Origin: an uncultured Lachnospiraceae bacterium
GTDB taxonomy: Bacteria; Bacillota; Clostridia; Lachnospirales; Lachnospiraceae
Direction: 5' to 3'
DNA length: 54,732 nucleotides
NCBI GenBank assembly: GCA_947166195.1
Contig: CAMVDF010000001.1
Location: 1 to 54,732, forward strand
Of the stretch, positions 18,596 through 28,989 are shown one piece after another. A model generated the notes under the pieces. It did not search any database and was not told where the DNA came from. It worked only from the letters and a program-made list of their open reading frames with translations. Each line of letters begins with the position of its first letter. Within the stretch, counting starts at the first letter, position 1. The position numbers were made by a program, and so were the translations under genes.

Positions 18596-18639
18596 AGAGT
18601 AAAGCGCGTAAAGCGACTTTTTTGATAAAGGAGAAACCA

Positions 18640-19836
18640 ATGGAAAAGATCAAAATGACAACACCCCTTGTAGAGATGGACGGAGATGAGATGACCAGGA
18701 TTCTCTGGCAGTATATCAAGGATGACCTGATACTGCCCTATGTAGATCTGAAGACCGAGTATTATGACCTGGGCCTGAAACACAGGGATGAAACCGATGA
18801 TCAGGTTACCATCGATTCGGCAAATGCCACCCTTAAATACGGTGTTGCAGTCAAGTGTGCGACCATCACTCCCAATGCGGACAGGGTGAAGGAATATGAC
18901 TTAAAGGAAATGTACAAAAGCCCCAACGGCACGATCAGGGCTATCCTTGACGGAACGGTTTTCCGTGCGCCCATAAAGGTTAACGGTATAGAGCCCAATG
19001 TGAAAAGCTGGAAAAAGCCCATAACCCTTGCCCGTCATGCCTACGGTGATGTTTACAAAAACTCCGAGATGAAGATAGACGGACCCGGAAAGGCAGAGCT
19101 AGTCTTTACCGGTGCGGACGGAAAGGAAGTCCGTCAGACCATCTTTGATTTTGCCGGTCCCGGCATCATCCAGGGACAGTACAATACCGATGCATCGATA
19201 GAAAGCTTTGCAAAATGCTGCTTTGAATATGCCCTTTCCACAAAGCAGGAGCTTTGGTTTGGTGCAAAGGATACTATCTCAAAGAAGTATGATGCAAGGT
19301 TCAGGGATATCTTTAATGAGATCTTTGAAAAGGAATACAAAGAAAAGTTTGAAAAGGCAGGTATCACCTATTTCTACACCCTCATAGATGATGCGGTTGC
19401 CCGTGTCATGAAGTCAGAAGGCGGCTTTATATGGGCCTGCAAAAACTACGACGGTGATGTGATGAGTGACATGGTATCAAGTGCCTGCGGATCGCTGGCC
19501 CTTATGACCAGTGTTCTTGTATCACCCAAAGGAGTTTATGAATATGAGGCAGCTCACGGAACCGTGCAGCGTCATTATTATAAGCATCTTAAAGGTGAGG
19601 AGACCTCCACAAACCCTGTGGCCACCATCTTTGCATGGAGCGGTGCTTTCAGGAAAAGAGGAGAGTTTGACAACAATCAGGCTTTGATGGATTTTGCGGA
19701 CAGACTTGAAAAGGCGACCCTCTCAACCATTGAATCAGGCTTTATGACAAAGGATCTGGTGCATCTGACCACCATGAAGGACATCCATACCCTGAATACA
19801 GAAGATTTCATCAAAAAGATTGCGGAAAATATGTGA
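18640..19836 (+). CDS. icd: NADP-dependent isocitrate dehydrogenase
   Basis: [37 protein letters not shown]; start after AAGGAG. Confidence 0.95.
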   Translation: MEKIKMTTPLVEMDGDEMTRILWQYIKDDLILPYVDLKTEYYDLGLKHRDETDDQVTIDSANATLKYGVAVKCATITPNADRVKEYDLKEMYKSPNGTIRAILDGTVFRAPIKVNGIEPNVKSWKKPITLARHAYGDVYKNSEMKIDGPGKAELVFTGADGKEVRQTIFDFAGPGIIQGQYNTDASIESFAKCCFEYALSTKQELWFGAKDTISKKYDARFRDIFNEIFEKEYKEKFEKAGITYFYTLIDDAVARVMKSEGGFIWACKNYDGDVMSDMVSSACGSLALMTSVLVSPKGVYEYEAAHGTVQRHYYKHLKGEETSTNPVATIFAWSGAFRKRGEFDNNQALMDFADRLEKATLSTIESGFMTKDLVHLTTMKDIHTLNTEDFIKKIAENM

Positions 19837-19840
19837 AGAT

Positions 19841-21778
19841 TTACGAGCTCTCAGACAGTTCTTCCCATTGTCCATAGAGAGTTTCAAGCTTTGAGGCTAT
19901 ATCATCAAGTTCATTTGTGAGCTCCGTGCACTTTGAAACATCGGTTGCGATGTCATCATGTGTGAGGAGCTCATTTATTTCACCCTGACGGTTTTCGAGA
20001 GTGTTTATATCCTCCTCGCATTTTTTCAGGTCTCTTTCAAGCTTCTGCAGCCGGGCTTTTTCGGCCTTTTGCTGCTCCCAGTCGTTTTTATTATCAGAGG
20101 ATGCATCATCAGGTTTTGAAGCATCCTTTGCCCCAGCTGTTTCCCGGAGAAGCAGCTGTGCCTTTTTTTCCACATAATAATCGTAGTTTCCGATATAATT
20201 TGTGACTGTATTTGTATCGCTTCCGGGAGCCTTTGTCAGATCAAGGATCCGGGTTGCCACGGAATTGATGAAGTACCTGTCATGACTTACGAAAAAGACG
20301 GTGCCTTCATATTCATTGAGAGCGTTTTCAAGTATCTCCTTTGAGTCTATATCAAGATGGTTTGTCGGCTCGTCCAGGACCAGGAGATTTGCATTTGACA
20401 GCATCAGTTTTGCAAGGGAGAGTCTGCCTCTTTCACCGCCGGAAAGGACATCCGTGAGTTTGAAAACATCATCACCACAAAACAGGAAGGCTGCAAGAGT
20501 ATTTCTGATCGAGGTATTGTCCATATCCGGGTAGGCATCGGATATCTCATCAAAGAGCGAATTGCCGGGAGTCAGCAGCTGCTGCTCCTGATCGTAGTAT
20601 CCGATCTTTACGTTTGTTCCCAGCCTGAAATTTCCGGAAACCGGTCGAAGGTTCTTTGTCAGGATCTTCAGCAGGGTAGTCTTTCCGGTACCGTTGTTTC
20701 CGATGAGGGCAACTCTTTCGCCTCTTTTGATCTCAAAGGACAGGTCGTCAAAAAGCCTTTTCCCGGGAAATGACATGGAAAGGTTTTCAACTGAAAGCAC
20801 GTCCTTTCCGCTGATGATGGAAGGCGTGATCACCAGATTCATCTTTGTGTTAAATTCCGGTGGCTTCTCCATGCGTTCCATCCGGTCCAGGAGTTTTTGC
20901 CTGGAATCAGCTCTTTTAACTGACTTTTCACGGTTAAAGGAGCGAAGCTTTTTTATGACTTCCTCCTGGTGTTCGATCTCGGCTTTATTGTTGAGATATG
21001 CTTTGAGGGCAGTGTCTCTGGCCTGCTTTTTCTTTGCCGCAAAGGCAGTGTAATTTCCCGTATATACAGTGCAGACACCGTTTTCGAGATCGATGATCTT
21101 TGTAACGATCCTGTCGAGGAAGTATCTGTCGTGGGATACCAGAAGGACGGATCCTTTGTAGGAACGAAGGAAACCCTCCAGAAATTCCACCGATTGAAGA
21201 TCCAGATGGTTTGTAGGTTCGTCAAGGATGATGATATCCGGTTTTGAAAGCAGAAGCTTTGCCAGAGCCACCCTTGTTTTCTGGCCTCCGGAAAGAGTAC
21301 CTATGAGCCTGTCGTGATCCTGCTCGAAAAAGCCCAGACCTTTGAGGACTCCCGTGATCTCTGAATTGATGGCATATCCGCCTTCTCTTTCAAAGTGGGC
21401 GTTCAGATCAGAGTAGCGCTTCATTGCACTTTCAAGTTCATCTCCGGAAAGTGACTTCATGCTTTCCTCCAGGCTCCGGATCTGTTTTTCCTCTTCAAGG
21501 AGATCCTTTTTGGCAAGAAGCATTTCACCGCGTATCGTATTGCCGGGATCAACTGAATCAGACTGTGTCTGATAGCCGATGGTCCTGCCGGATCCGACAG
21601 TGATGTTTCCGGAATCAGAGGGCAGCCTTCCGGTGATGATATTGAGGAGAGTAGTTTTTCCTACGCCGTTGCTACCCACAATGGCACATTTCTCATTCTC
21701 CTCAATATGAAAGGAGCAGCTTTTTATTATGTCCTTCCCGTCGAAGGATTTTGTGATGTTTGAACACTGAAGTATCAT
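19841..21778 (-). CDS. ABC-F family ATPase
   Basis: Two ABC domains (GSNGVGKT/LSGGQ/LDEPTNHLD; GNNGTGKT/LSGGE/LDEPTNHLD), C-terminal coiled coil, no TM. Confidence 0.95.
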   Translation of the reverse strand: MILQCSNITKSFDGKDIIKSCSFHIEENEKCAIVGSNGVGKTTLLNIITGRLPSDSGNITVGSGRTIGYQTQSDSVDPGNTIRGEMLLAKKDLLEEEKQIRSLEESMKSLSGDELESAMKRYSDLNAHFEREGGYAINSEITGVLKGLGFFEQDHDRLIGTLSGGQKTRVALAKLLLSKPDIIILDEPTNHLDLQSVEFLEGFLRSYKGSVLLVSHDRYFLDRIVTKIIDLENGVCTVYTGNYTAFAAKKKQARDTALKAYLNNKAEIEHQEEVIKKLRSFNREKSVKRADSRQKLLDRMERMEKPPEFNTKMNLVITPSIISGKDVLSVENLSMSFPGKRLFDDLSFEIKRGERVALIGNNGTGKTTLLKILTKNLRPVSGNFRLGTNVKIGYYDQEQQLLTPGNSLFDEISDAYPDMDNTSIRNTLAAFLFCGDDVFKLTDVLSGGERGRLSLAKLMLSNANLLVLDEPTNHLDIDSKEILENALNEYEGTVFFVSHDRYFINSVATRILDLTKAPGSDTNTVTNYIGNYDYYVEKKAQLLLRETAGAKDASKPDDASSDNKNDWEQQKAEKARLQKLERDLKKCEEDINTLENRQGEINELLTHDDIATDVSKCTELTNELDDIASKLETLYGQWEELSESS

Positions 21779-21788
21779 TTCTTATAAG

Positions 21789-21817
21789 TTGTCAAAGATT
21801 TAACAATGTGTTATGAT
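21789..21817 (+). promoter_or_regulatory. Rex operator overlapping the rex promoter
   Basis: TTGTCAA-AGAT-TTAACAA (21789-21806), one mismatch to the clostridial Rex box TTGTTAA-N4-TTAACAA; TTGTCA-17 bp-TATGAT(21812-21817). Confidence 0.75.
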
Positions 21818-21911
21818 AAAGGTCGAAGAAACGGAGCAATTCGTATCATATATATGACCCGTGTATGATACCACAGGTCAAACAACAATTCAAAGCAAGA
21901 GGTAATTTGCC

Positions 21912-22547
21912 ATGGAGGCAAGGGAGATTTCAAAAACCGTCATAGCAAGACTTCCCAGATACTTCAGATATCTGAGCGAGCTGAAGGATAAGGGGACGGA
22001 GAGGATATCATCAAAAGATCTGTCAAAACTCATGAATGTGACAGCATCACAGATCAGACAGGATCTGAACAATTTCGGAGGCTTCGGACAGCAGGGCTAC
22101 GGCTATAATGTTGATTACCTGCATGGAGAGATAGGAAAGCTCCTTGGTCTTGACAAGCCGCACAATCTCATTATCTGCGGAGCGGGAAGCCTTGGAACGG
22201 CACTTGCCGGAAATCCCGATTTCATAAATGCAGGCTTCAGGATCAAGGCCATGTTTGATATAGATCCCGTAAAGATAGGAAAATTCCTGCATGGAATCGA
22301 GGTTCACTCAAATTCGGAACTTGAGGATTTCATAAAGGAAAATGATATTGATATAGCGATAGTTGCCGTTCCCGTAAATGCGGCAAATGATCTCAAGGAC
22401 AAGCTGATCGATCACGGGATCCGCGCCATATGGAACTTTTCAAACACTGATCTTGATGTTCCGGATGATGTGGCGGTCGAAAACGTGCATCTGCTTGACA
22501 GTCTTATGAAGCTGTCATGTGTGAAGGTTCAGCATCTGGATGCGTGA
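21912..22547 (+). CDS. rex: Redox-sensing transcriptional repressor Rex
   Basis: RLPRYFRYL, QIRQDLNNFGGFGQQGYGY, GAGSLG Rossmann motif, AIWNF. Confidence 0.95.
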   Translation: MEAREISKTVIARLPRYFRYLSELKDKGTERISSKDLSKLMNVTASQIRQDLNNFGGFGQQGYGYNVDYLHGEIGKLLGLDKPHNLIICGAGSLGTALAGNPDFINAGFRIKAMFDIDPVKIGKFLHGIEVHSNSELEDFIKENDIDIAIVAVPVNAANDLKDKLIDHGIRAIWNFSNTDLDVPDDVAVENVHLLDSLMKLSCVKVQHLDA

Positions 22548-22595
22548 CTGACAGATAAAACAACTTTGATCATATGGAAAAACAGGTAAAACAAC

Positions 22596-23327
22596 ATGGC
22601 AAAGGATGTATTTGAGCAGGTCCTGAAAAACAAAAGAGTTCCGGTGCTGACTCTCGATAATAAGTGGCACAGGCTTTTCAATACGGGCGAGTTTCCCGAG
22701 ATGAAGCCGCATATTGATGCGCTCAATTCCCTTCTGAAGGAACAGGCTCACATCCAGGACGAGATAAAAAAGCTGAAAAAGATCAAGGCAAATCTCATGG
22801 ATGAGATAGTCGAAAACATGCCTGACGGAGAGTTGAACATGGATGCTGCCCAGTCAAAAAAGGTAGCCGAAAGCAGGCGTCTCATTGACGAGGCAAATGA
22901 AAAACTCCAGGAAAGCGAAGACAAGCTTCTGGATCTTCCCAAAATGATAGATGAGGAAAACTACAAGCTTATGCTGCTCTCCATGGACTACTGCTATGAT
23001 GAACTTCTGTCAAATACCGAAGATATCGAAAACATCGGAGCCTGGATAAAAGAGATGAGGATGGAACTCAAAAAAAACATCCTCAAAAAACAGCAGATGG
23101 AAGTAAAAAATGTTGAGCTGTACTCCTATATGCATGATATTTTCGGATCTGAGGTCATCAGCATCTTTGACATCAAATATGATGTGGAAAAGAAAAAACA
23201 GGAAATGATAGCGGCGGCCCAGGCCAGGGCAGAGGAACGCAAAAAGCAGGAGATGAAGGAAACTGCCATAAAGAACATAGCAGAGGGAATAGTTCCCGGT
23301 GATACAAACGCCAAAAAGGAGGGCTGA
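22596..23327 (+). CDS. Hypothetical coiled-coil protein
   Basis: 243-aa ORF with host-like codon usage, heptad-rich; stop overlaps the nnr start. Confidence 0.75.
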   Translation: MAKDVFEQVLKNKRVPVLTLDNKWHRLFNTGEFPEMKPHIDALNSLLKEQAHIQDEIKKLKKIKANLMDEIVENMPDGELNMDAAQSKKVAESRRLIDEANEKLQESEDKLLDLPKMIDEENYKLMLLSMDYCYDELLSNTEDIENIGAWIKEMRMELKKNILKKQQMEVKNVELYSYMHDIFGSEVISIFDIKYDVEKKKQEMIAAAQARAEERKKQEMKETAIKNIAEGIVPGDTNAKKEG

Positions 23328-24805
23328 TGGAATACATACTTACGGCCGAAGAAAAACACAAAGCTGACGGGTATACCTCCACGGAACTGTATGTAAGCCC
23401 TGAAGTACTGATGGAGAGAGCTGCTCTTGCCGTATATGATGTACTGGTTGAAAAAAACCTTCCCCTCAAAAGGATCTGCATAGCCTGCGGTCCGGGAAAT
23501 AACGGCGGAGACGGACTGGCTCTGGCAAGGATCCTTGCAGAAAAAGGTATCATTCCTGATATCGTACTGCCGGGCGGCACTGAAAAGATGAGTGATACCG
23601 AAAGGATACAGTACAGGGCGCTGACTGCACTTTGCAGACAGATAAACATCACGGACAGGGTCCCCGAAAAGGAGTATTCTCTGCTGATAGATGCCATTTT
23701 CGGAATATCACTGAACAGAAATCCTGAAGGACTTTTTCTGGATGCGATAAAGGCATTTAATATGCTTCATGACAGGGGAGCGGTTACGGTAAGTCTTGAT
23801 ATCCCTTCAGGAGTAAATGCCTCTACGGGGCGGATCTGCGGCACTGCAGTGCTTGCTGACATAACCGTGGCATTCGCCTTTAAATGCCTGGGAAATGTGC
23901 TTTTTCCCGGAGCCACATTCAATAACGAAGTTATCAGAAAGGACATAGGCATCACTTCCGCATCTCTGACAGATAAGCCCCGGGTCTCGGCTCTTTCGGA
24001 TGAGGATATGGTACTTCCCAAAAGGATCAGATATTCAAACAAGGGAACCTTCGGAAAAGTTCTCCTCATTGCAGGCTCAAAAAAGATGTCGGGTGCAGCC
24101 GTTCTTTCTGCAAATGCCGCATTCAGGAGCGGATGCGGCATGGTCAGGGTATATACCGCAGCTGAAAACCGGGAGATACTTCAGGAGACAGTACCGGAGG
24201 CGATAGTAAATGTTTATGATGATAACGATCCCCTGTGTGACATCACGGAATGCTTTGACTGGTGTGATGTGGTTGCCATAGGACCCGGACTGTCATTTTC
24301 GGATGCCGCAAAAAAACTGGTCAGATATGTTTTTGAAAACTCCCCTGTGCCGATAGTCGCAGATGCCGATGCACTGAACATCGCCTCAGATGATCCGGGA
24401 ATACTCATAAATGAAAGCCGTGATATCATCATCACTCCCCATGTGGGCGAGATGTCAAGGCTGACCGGTCTTTCCGTTGTTGATATCACAGGGCATCTTC
24501 TGGGCACAGCTGTCGATTTTGCCGAAAGCTACAATGTCATCTGTGTCTTGAAGGATGCCAGGACAGTCATAGCTGATCCTTCAAAGAAAGCCTGCATAAA
24601 TCTGAACGGGAACAGCGGCATGGCTACGGCAGGAAGCGGAGATGTGCTGACAGGGATCATTGCATCGCTGCTGGCTCAGGGTCTTGCTCCCTTTGAGGCC
24701 GCAAGTCTGGGATGTGCCATACATGGCAAGGCAGGCGATGCAGCATCGGGGAGGCTTGGAGAACATGCTGTGATGGCGCGTGACATCATCGAAGGCATCA
24801 GATAA
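23327..24805 (+). CDS. nnr: Bifunctional NAD(P)HX epimerase/dehydratase
   Basis: LMERA, CGPGNNGGDG, DAIFG, DIPSG; NKGTFGKVLLIAGS, TPHVGEM, ATAGSGDVLTG. Confidence 0.93.
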   Translation: MEYILTAEEKHKADGYTSTELYVSPEVLMERAALAVYDVLVEKNLPLKRICIACGPGNNGGDGLALARILAEKGIIPDIVLPGGTEKMSDTERIQYRALTALCRQINITDRVPEKEYSLLIDAIFGISLNRNPEGLFLDAIKAFNMLHDRGAVTVSLDIPSGVNASTGRICGTAVLADITVAFAFKCLGNVLFPGATFNNEVIRKDIGITSASLTDKPRVSALSDEDMVLPKRIRYSNKGTFGKVLLIAGSKKMSGAAVLSANAAFRSGCGMVRVYTAAENREILQETVPEAIVNVYDDNDPLCDITECFDWCDVVAIGPGLSFSDAAKKLVRYVFENSPVPIVADADALNIASDDPGILINESRDIIITPHVGEMSRLTGLSVVDITGHLLGTAVDFAESYNVICVLKDARTVIADPSKKACINLNGNSGMATAGSGDVLTGIIASLLAQGLAPFEAASLGCAIHGKAGDAASGRLGEHAVMARDIIEGIR

Positions 24806-24860
24806 AAAATAATTGCCTATATGTTCTTATTATTGTATATTAGATTTTCGGTGAATAAAT

Positions 24861-25697
24861 ATGGCGTTTCTGAAATTTCTGTCAAAGGACAGGGGTGAGG
24901 ATGAACTTGAGGACGAGATAAAATCCATCGTCAATGAAGGCACTGACTCGGGAAATATCGAAGAATCCGAAGCCCGGATGATAAACAATATATTTGAGCT
25001 TGATGACAAGGAAGTCCGGGATGTGATGACCCACAGGGAGAATGTGACAGGCTTTGAAGGCAGCATGATCCTTGAGGATGTGGTCAGGCAGATGGTGAAG
25101 GGCTCAAACTCCAGATTCCCTGTTTACGAGGATAATATAGACAATGTCACGGGTATCATCTATTTCAAGGATGCCGTGAGAGCCGGGTTCAATGATGAGC
25201 TCAAGGGAAAGAGTATCAATGAGATCGACGGGCTGATAAAGGATGCGGTCTTTGTGCCCGAGACCAGAAAGATAGATTCCCTCTTCAGATTCATGCAGAA
25301 GAGAAAGGTCCATATGGTCGTGATCGTGGATGAATACGGCCAGACCTCCGGGATCGTGACAATGGAGGATATCCTTGAGGAGATCGTAGGCAACATCCTT
25401 GATGAGTATGACACGGACGAGATGAACATCAGGCAGCTAGCCGGCGATACCTATATCATCAACGGACTGACGCAGCTTGATGAACTGGGGGAGATGCTGG
25501 GTATTACCTTCCCCGATGACGGAATCGAGACCCTGAACGGTTTTCTGACACAGGCTCTGGGCCATGTGCCGAAATCCGGAGAGATATTTGAAGAAACCTA
25601 TGAAGGCTACAATTTTCATGTTGTATCCATCAGCAACCATGTGATACAAAAGGTAAGAGTCAAAAAGATACACAATGAAGAAAAAGGAGAAGAGTGA
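24861..25697 (+). CDS. CBS-pair + CorC/HlyC domain protein
   Basis: [54 protein letters not shown]; no N-terminal membrane domain. Confidence 0.88.
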   Translation: MAFLKFLSKDRGEDELEDEIKSIVNEGTDSGNIEESEARMINNIFELDDKEVRDVMTHRENVTGFEGSMILEDVVRQMVKGSNSRFPVYEDNIDNVTGIIYFKDAVRAGFNDELKGKSINEIDGLIKDAVFVPETRKIDSLFRFMQKRKVHMVVIVDEYGQTSGIVTMEDILEEIVGNILDEYDTDEMNIRQLAGDTYIINGLTQLDELGEMLGITFPDDGIETLNGFLTQALGHVPKSGEIFEETYEGYNFHVVSISNHVIQKVRVKKIHNEEKGEE

Positions 25698-26425
25698 TGT
25701 CAGGACATTCTAAATTTGCAAACATCAAGCACAAGAAGGAAAAGAACGATGCGGCAAAGGGAAAGATCTTTACGATCATCGGACGTGAGATAGCCGTTGC
25801 GGTAAAGGAAGGCGGCCCTGATCCCGCTAATAACTTCAAGCTTGCCTCTGTCATCGCAAAGGCAAAGGCAAACAATATGCCCAACGATACCATAGAGCGC
25901 GGCATCAAAAAAGCTTCGGGAGACGGCGGCAATGTGAACTACGAATACTGCACCTATGAAGGTTACGGCCCTGCAGGTATCGCCATCATAGTAAACACTC
26001 TGACTGATAATAAAAACAGAACTGCTGCAGACGTCCGTTCAGCCTTCACCAAGGGAAGCGGAAATATGGGAACTCCCGGCTGTGTCTCTTTCATGTTTGA
26101 TGAAAAGGGTCAGATAATAATCGACAAGGAAGAGTGTGATCTTGAATCCGACGATCTCATGATGAAGGCACTTGATGCCGGAGCCGAGGACTTTTCGGAA
26201 GAAGAGGACAGCTTTGAGATACTGACCGCCCCTGCAGATTTTGATACTGTACGTGAGGCTTTGGAAAATGAAGGTATCAAAATGGCTTCTGCAGAAGTAG
26301 TCATGCTTCCCCAGAACTATGTCGACCTGACAGACGAGACTGACATCAAAAATCTTGAAAAGCTTCTGGATCTGCTTGATGAAAACGATGACGTACAGTC
26401 CGTATACCACAACTGGAATGAATGA
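25697..26425 (+). CDS. yebC: YebC/PmpR family protein
   Basis: [46 protein letters not shown]. Confidence 0.95.
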   Translation: MSGHSKFANIKHKKEKNDAAKGKIFTIIGREIAVAVKEGGPDPANNFKLASVIAKAKANNMPNDTIERGIKKASGDGGNVNYEYCTYEGYGPAGIAIIVNTLTDNKNRTAADVRSAFTKGSGNMGTPGCVSFMFDEKGQIIIDKEECDLESDDLMMKALDAGAEDFSEEEDSFEILTAPADFDTVREALENEGIKMASAEVVMLPQNYVDLTDETDIKNLEKLLDLLDENDDVQSVYHNWNE

Positions 26426-26558
26426 TCATTAACTTGAGCCAATGATTTCAACACAGGCGCGAGCAGGGAGGTGACCCGAGACGAGCCGACGCAAGGAGCG
26501 AGGATCGGAGGGGCCCTGCGGGAGCCTGGCAAAAGGTAAATATGCTTAAGTTAATGAT
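26425..26558. mobile_element. Putative MITE-like element, 134 bp
   Basis: 15-bp terminal inverted repeats with one mismatch (ATCATTAACTTGAGC / GCTTAAGTTAATGAT); GC-rich self-complementary core (CAGGC/GCCTG, GCAGGG/CCCTGC); no clear target-site duplication. Confidence 0.55.
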
Positions 26559-26579
26559 GGGATATTTGGTTATATAGCA

Positions 26580-26723
26580 ATGTGTGAAAAAGAAAAAGAC
26601 ATCCCCGTGGATGAGAGGCCGGGCATGATCAAGAATCCCCTGAAGATACCGCCCGTCAACAAAAAGAGTGAGCTGGAGTACGATATAGAAGTATCAGATG
26701 ATGACGACTACGATATCAAATGA
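26580..26723 (+). CDS. Small acidic protein (47 aa), absent from the ORF track
   Basis: MCEKEKDIPVDERPGMIKNPLKIPPVNKKSELEYDIEVSDDDDYDIK; ATGA overlap with the next gene; host-like codons. Confidence 0.55.
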   Translation: MCEKEKDIPVDERPGMIKNPLKIPPVNKKSELEYDIEVSDDDDYDIK

Positions 26724-27529
26724 TTTTTAAATGGGATCCGGAAACGGTTTTTGAGATCAACCGGTATGAACTGAAGAGTCCGAAGATTAAACAGAGACTG
26801 AAGATCGCCTTTATGGCTGATCTTCATAACTGTGTCTACGGGAAAAACAATGATATTCTTTTCGATGCGGTCTGTGATGAGTCGCCTGATGTGATAGCTA
26901 TCGCAGGAGATCTCATCGAAGCAGGCACAAAGGCTTCGGAAATCGACGGAATGGTCTTATTATACAGATTGGCAAAGAGATTTCCCGTCTACTATGGAGT
27001 CGGCAATCATGAAAAAAGGATATTTATCTACGACTGCTACAAAAAGCAGAGAAACGAACTGGTATACGGTCTTTTAAAATGCGGGGTAAAGCTCATCGGT
27101 AATAAGAGCTACGATCTTTCCGGTCACAATGTTGTGATAAAGGGACTTGATATCCCGCACGAATACTACAGGAGAGTGTTTCACAGGTATACAAACGCCG
27201 GCGAGCTTGAGGGATGGCTTGGAAAGAATGACCCTGAAAAATACAATCTCCTTCTGGCCCACGATCCGTCGCATTTTGATGCCTACAGCGAATACGGTTC
27301 CGATCTCGTCTTTTCGGGACATGTGCACGGAGGGATAGTAAGGCTTCCAAAGCTCGGAGGCCTCGTTTCGCCGGAATACAGACTCTTTCCCAGATTTGAT
27401 GCGGGATTCTATGAAAAGGGCACAACAAAGATGTTAGTCAGCCGGGGACTCGGATCACATACGATTTATCTGAGGATCAACAACAGACCGGAGCTCATCA
27501 TGGTGACGCTCCTGCCGGAAAAAGAATAA
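26720..27529 (+). CDS. Metallophosphoesterase (YkuE-like)
   Basis: DLH, GDL, GNHE, LLAHDP, GHVHGG, SRGLG motifs. Confidence 0.9.
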   Translation: MIFKWDPETVFEINRYELKSPKIKQRLKIAFMADLHNCVYGKNNDILFDAVCDESPDVIAIAGDLIEAGTKASEIDGMVLLYRLAKRFPVYYGVGNHEKRIFIYDCYKKQRNELVYGLLKCGVKLIGNKSYDLSGHNVVIKGLDIPHEYYRRVFHRYTNAGELEGWLGKNDPEKYNLLLAHDPSHFDAYSEYGSDLVFSGHVHGGIVRLPKLGGLVSPEYRLFPRFDAGFYEKGTTKMLVSRGLGSHTIYLRINNRPELIMVTLLPEKE

Positions 27530-28281
27530 TGGAAACTATCGAAGTAAAACTTGAATCATTTGAGGGACCGCTGGATCTGCTCCTTCATCTGATCGACAAA
27601 AACAAAGTTGATATCTACGACATACCGATCTCACTCATCACCGGGCAATACATGGAGTATCTTGACAGCATGGAGGAAGAGGACCTTTCAAAGATGAGTG
27701 ATTTTGTTGTCATGGCTTCAACCCTGCTTGATATCAAGTGCAGGATGCTTCTGCCCAAGGAGGTTGATGAAACCGGAGAGGAGATCGACCCGAGGACGGA
27801 GCTGGTACAAAAACTTCTGGAATACAAGGTCTACAAGTACATGTCCTATGAGCTGAAGGATATGCATATAGATGCAGGACATTATCTCTTCAAGGCTTCC
27901 ACCATGCCGCGTGAGATAACCGACATGAAGCCGCCGGTAAACTATGAAAAGCTTTTGTCGGATACCACCCTTTCAAAGCTCAATGATATCTTCAAGGAGC
28001 TCATGCGCAGGCAGGAGGACAAGTTCGATCCCATCAGATCCAAATTCGGAAAGATCGAAAAAGAGGAGATCAATACCGAGGAAAAAATGAGCTATATCAG
28101 AAATTACGCGTATCAGCACAAGAGCTTTTCCTTCAGGTCTCTCCTTGAAAAGAGCGATTCCAGACAGGAGATAATAGTAACCTTTCTCATCATCCTCGAG
28201 ATGATGAAGACGGGAGAGTTTACTGTATCCCAGGAGGGTATAGATTCGGATATGATCATAAAGGTTAACAGGGTGGCATGA
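27529..28281 (+). CDS. scpA: Segregation/condensation protein A
   Basis: FEGPLDLLLHLI, IKCRMLLP, IVTFLIILEM. Confidence 0.95.
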   Translation: METIEVKLESFEGPLDLLLHLIDKNKVDIYDIPISLITGQYMEYLDSMEEEDLSKMSDFVVMASTLLDIKCRMLLPKEVDETGEEIDPRTELVQKLLEYKVYKYMSYELKDMHIDAGHYLFKASTMPREITDMKPPVNYEKLLSDTTLSKLNDIFKELMRRQEDKFDPIRSKFGKIEKEEINTEEKMSYIRNYAYQHKSFSFRSLLEKSDSRQEIIVTFLIILEMMKTGEFTVSQEGIDSDMIIKVNRVA

Positions 28282-28282
28282 T

Positions 28283-28894
28283 ATGAACAGTAAAGAATTG
28301 CAGGCAGTAATAGAGGGCATTCTCTTCACGACAGGCAGCGCTGTCGAGATATCAAAGCTTGCTGAAGTTTCTGAGCAGGACAGGATCGATGTGGAGTTTG
28401 CCATAGAGGCGCTGAAGGAAAAGTATGCTCTTCCCGAAAGCGGCATAACTATGCTTACGATAGATGATAAGGTACAGCTTTGCACAAAGACCGAGTTATA
28501 TGATTACCTTGTAAAGATCGCAAAGGCGCCAAAGGATTATACCCTCACCGATACCGTGCTGGAGACTCTTTCGATCATCGCATACAAACAGCCTGTGACA
28601 AAGATGCAGATAGAAAACATCAGGGGAGTCAGCTGTGATCACGCGGTCAACAAGCTGGTGGAATACGATCTGGTAAAGGAACTCGGGAGGCTTGATGCAC
28701 CCGGGCATCCCATACTTTTCGGAACAACGGAGGAATTCCTGCGAGCCTTTGGAGTAGGTTCCATAGAGGATCTGCCGGAGATGAACATGGACAAGGTTGA
28801 AAGTTTCAGGGAACAGGCAGAGGAGGAAGCGGACGAAAGACTGGGAAAGGACCAGCCGGAGGAAACAGATGAAAAGGTGGATGTAGGCATCTGA
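28283..28894 (+). CDS. scpB: Segregation/condensation protein B
   Basis: LETLSIIAYKQPVT, IRGVSC, APGHPILFGTTEEFL. Confidence 0.95.
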   Translation: MNSKELQAVIEGILFTTGSAVEISKLAEVSEQDRIDVEFAIEALKEKYALPESGITMLTIDDKVQLCTKTELYDYLVKIAKAPKDYTLTDTVLETLSIIAYKQPVTKMQIENIRGVSCDHAVNKLVEYDLVKELGRLDAPGHPILFGTTEEFLRAFGVGSIEDLPEMNMDKVESFREQAEEEADERLGKDQPEETDEKVDVGI

Positions 28895-28989
28895 TTTATT
28901 CTTTAAATTATTTTTTTCCTATGATATACTATTGCACAGTGCGATTTACTAGGAAGATTTTATTATAAATTTTTAATGGAGGTCACAAG

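Noticed and set aside
18596-18625. Weak hairpin plus T-run before icd
   Set aside because: Stem too short to call a terminator
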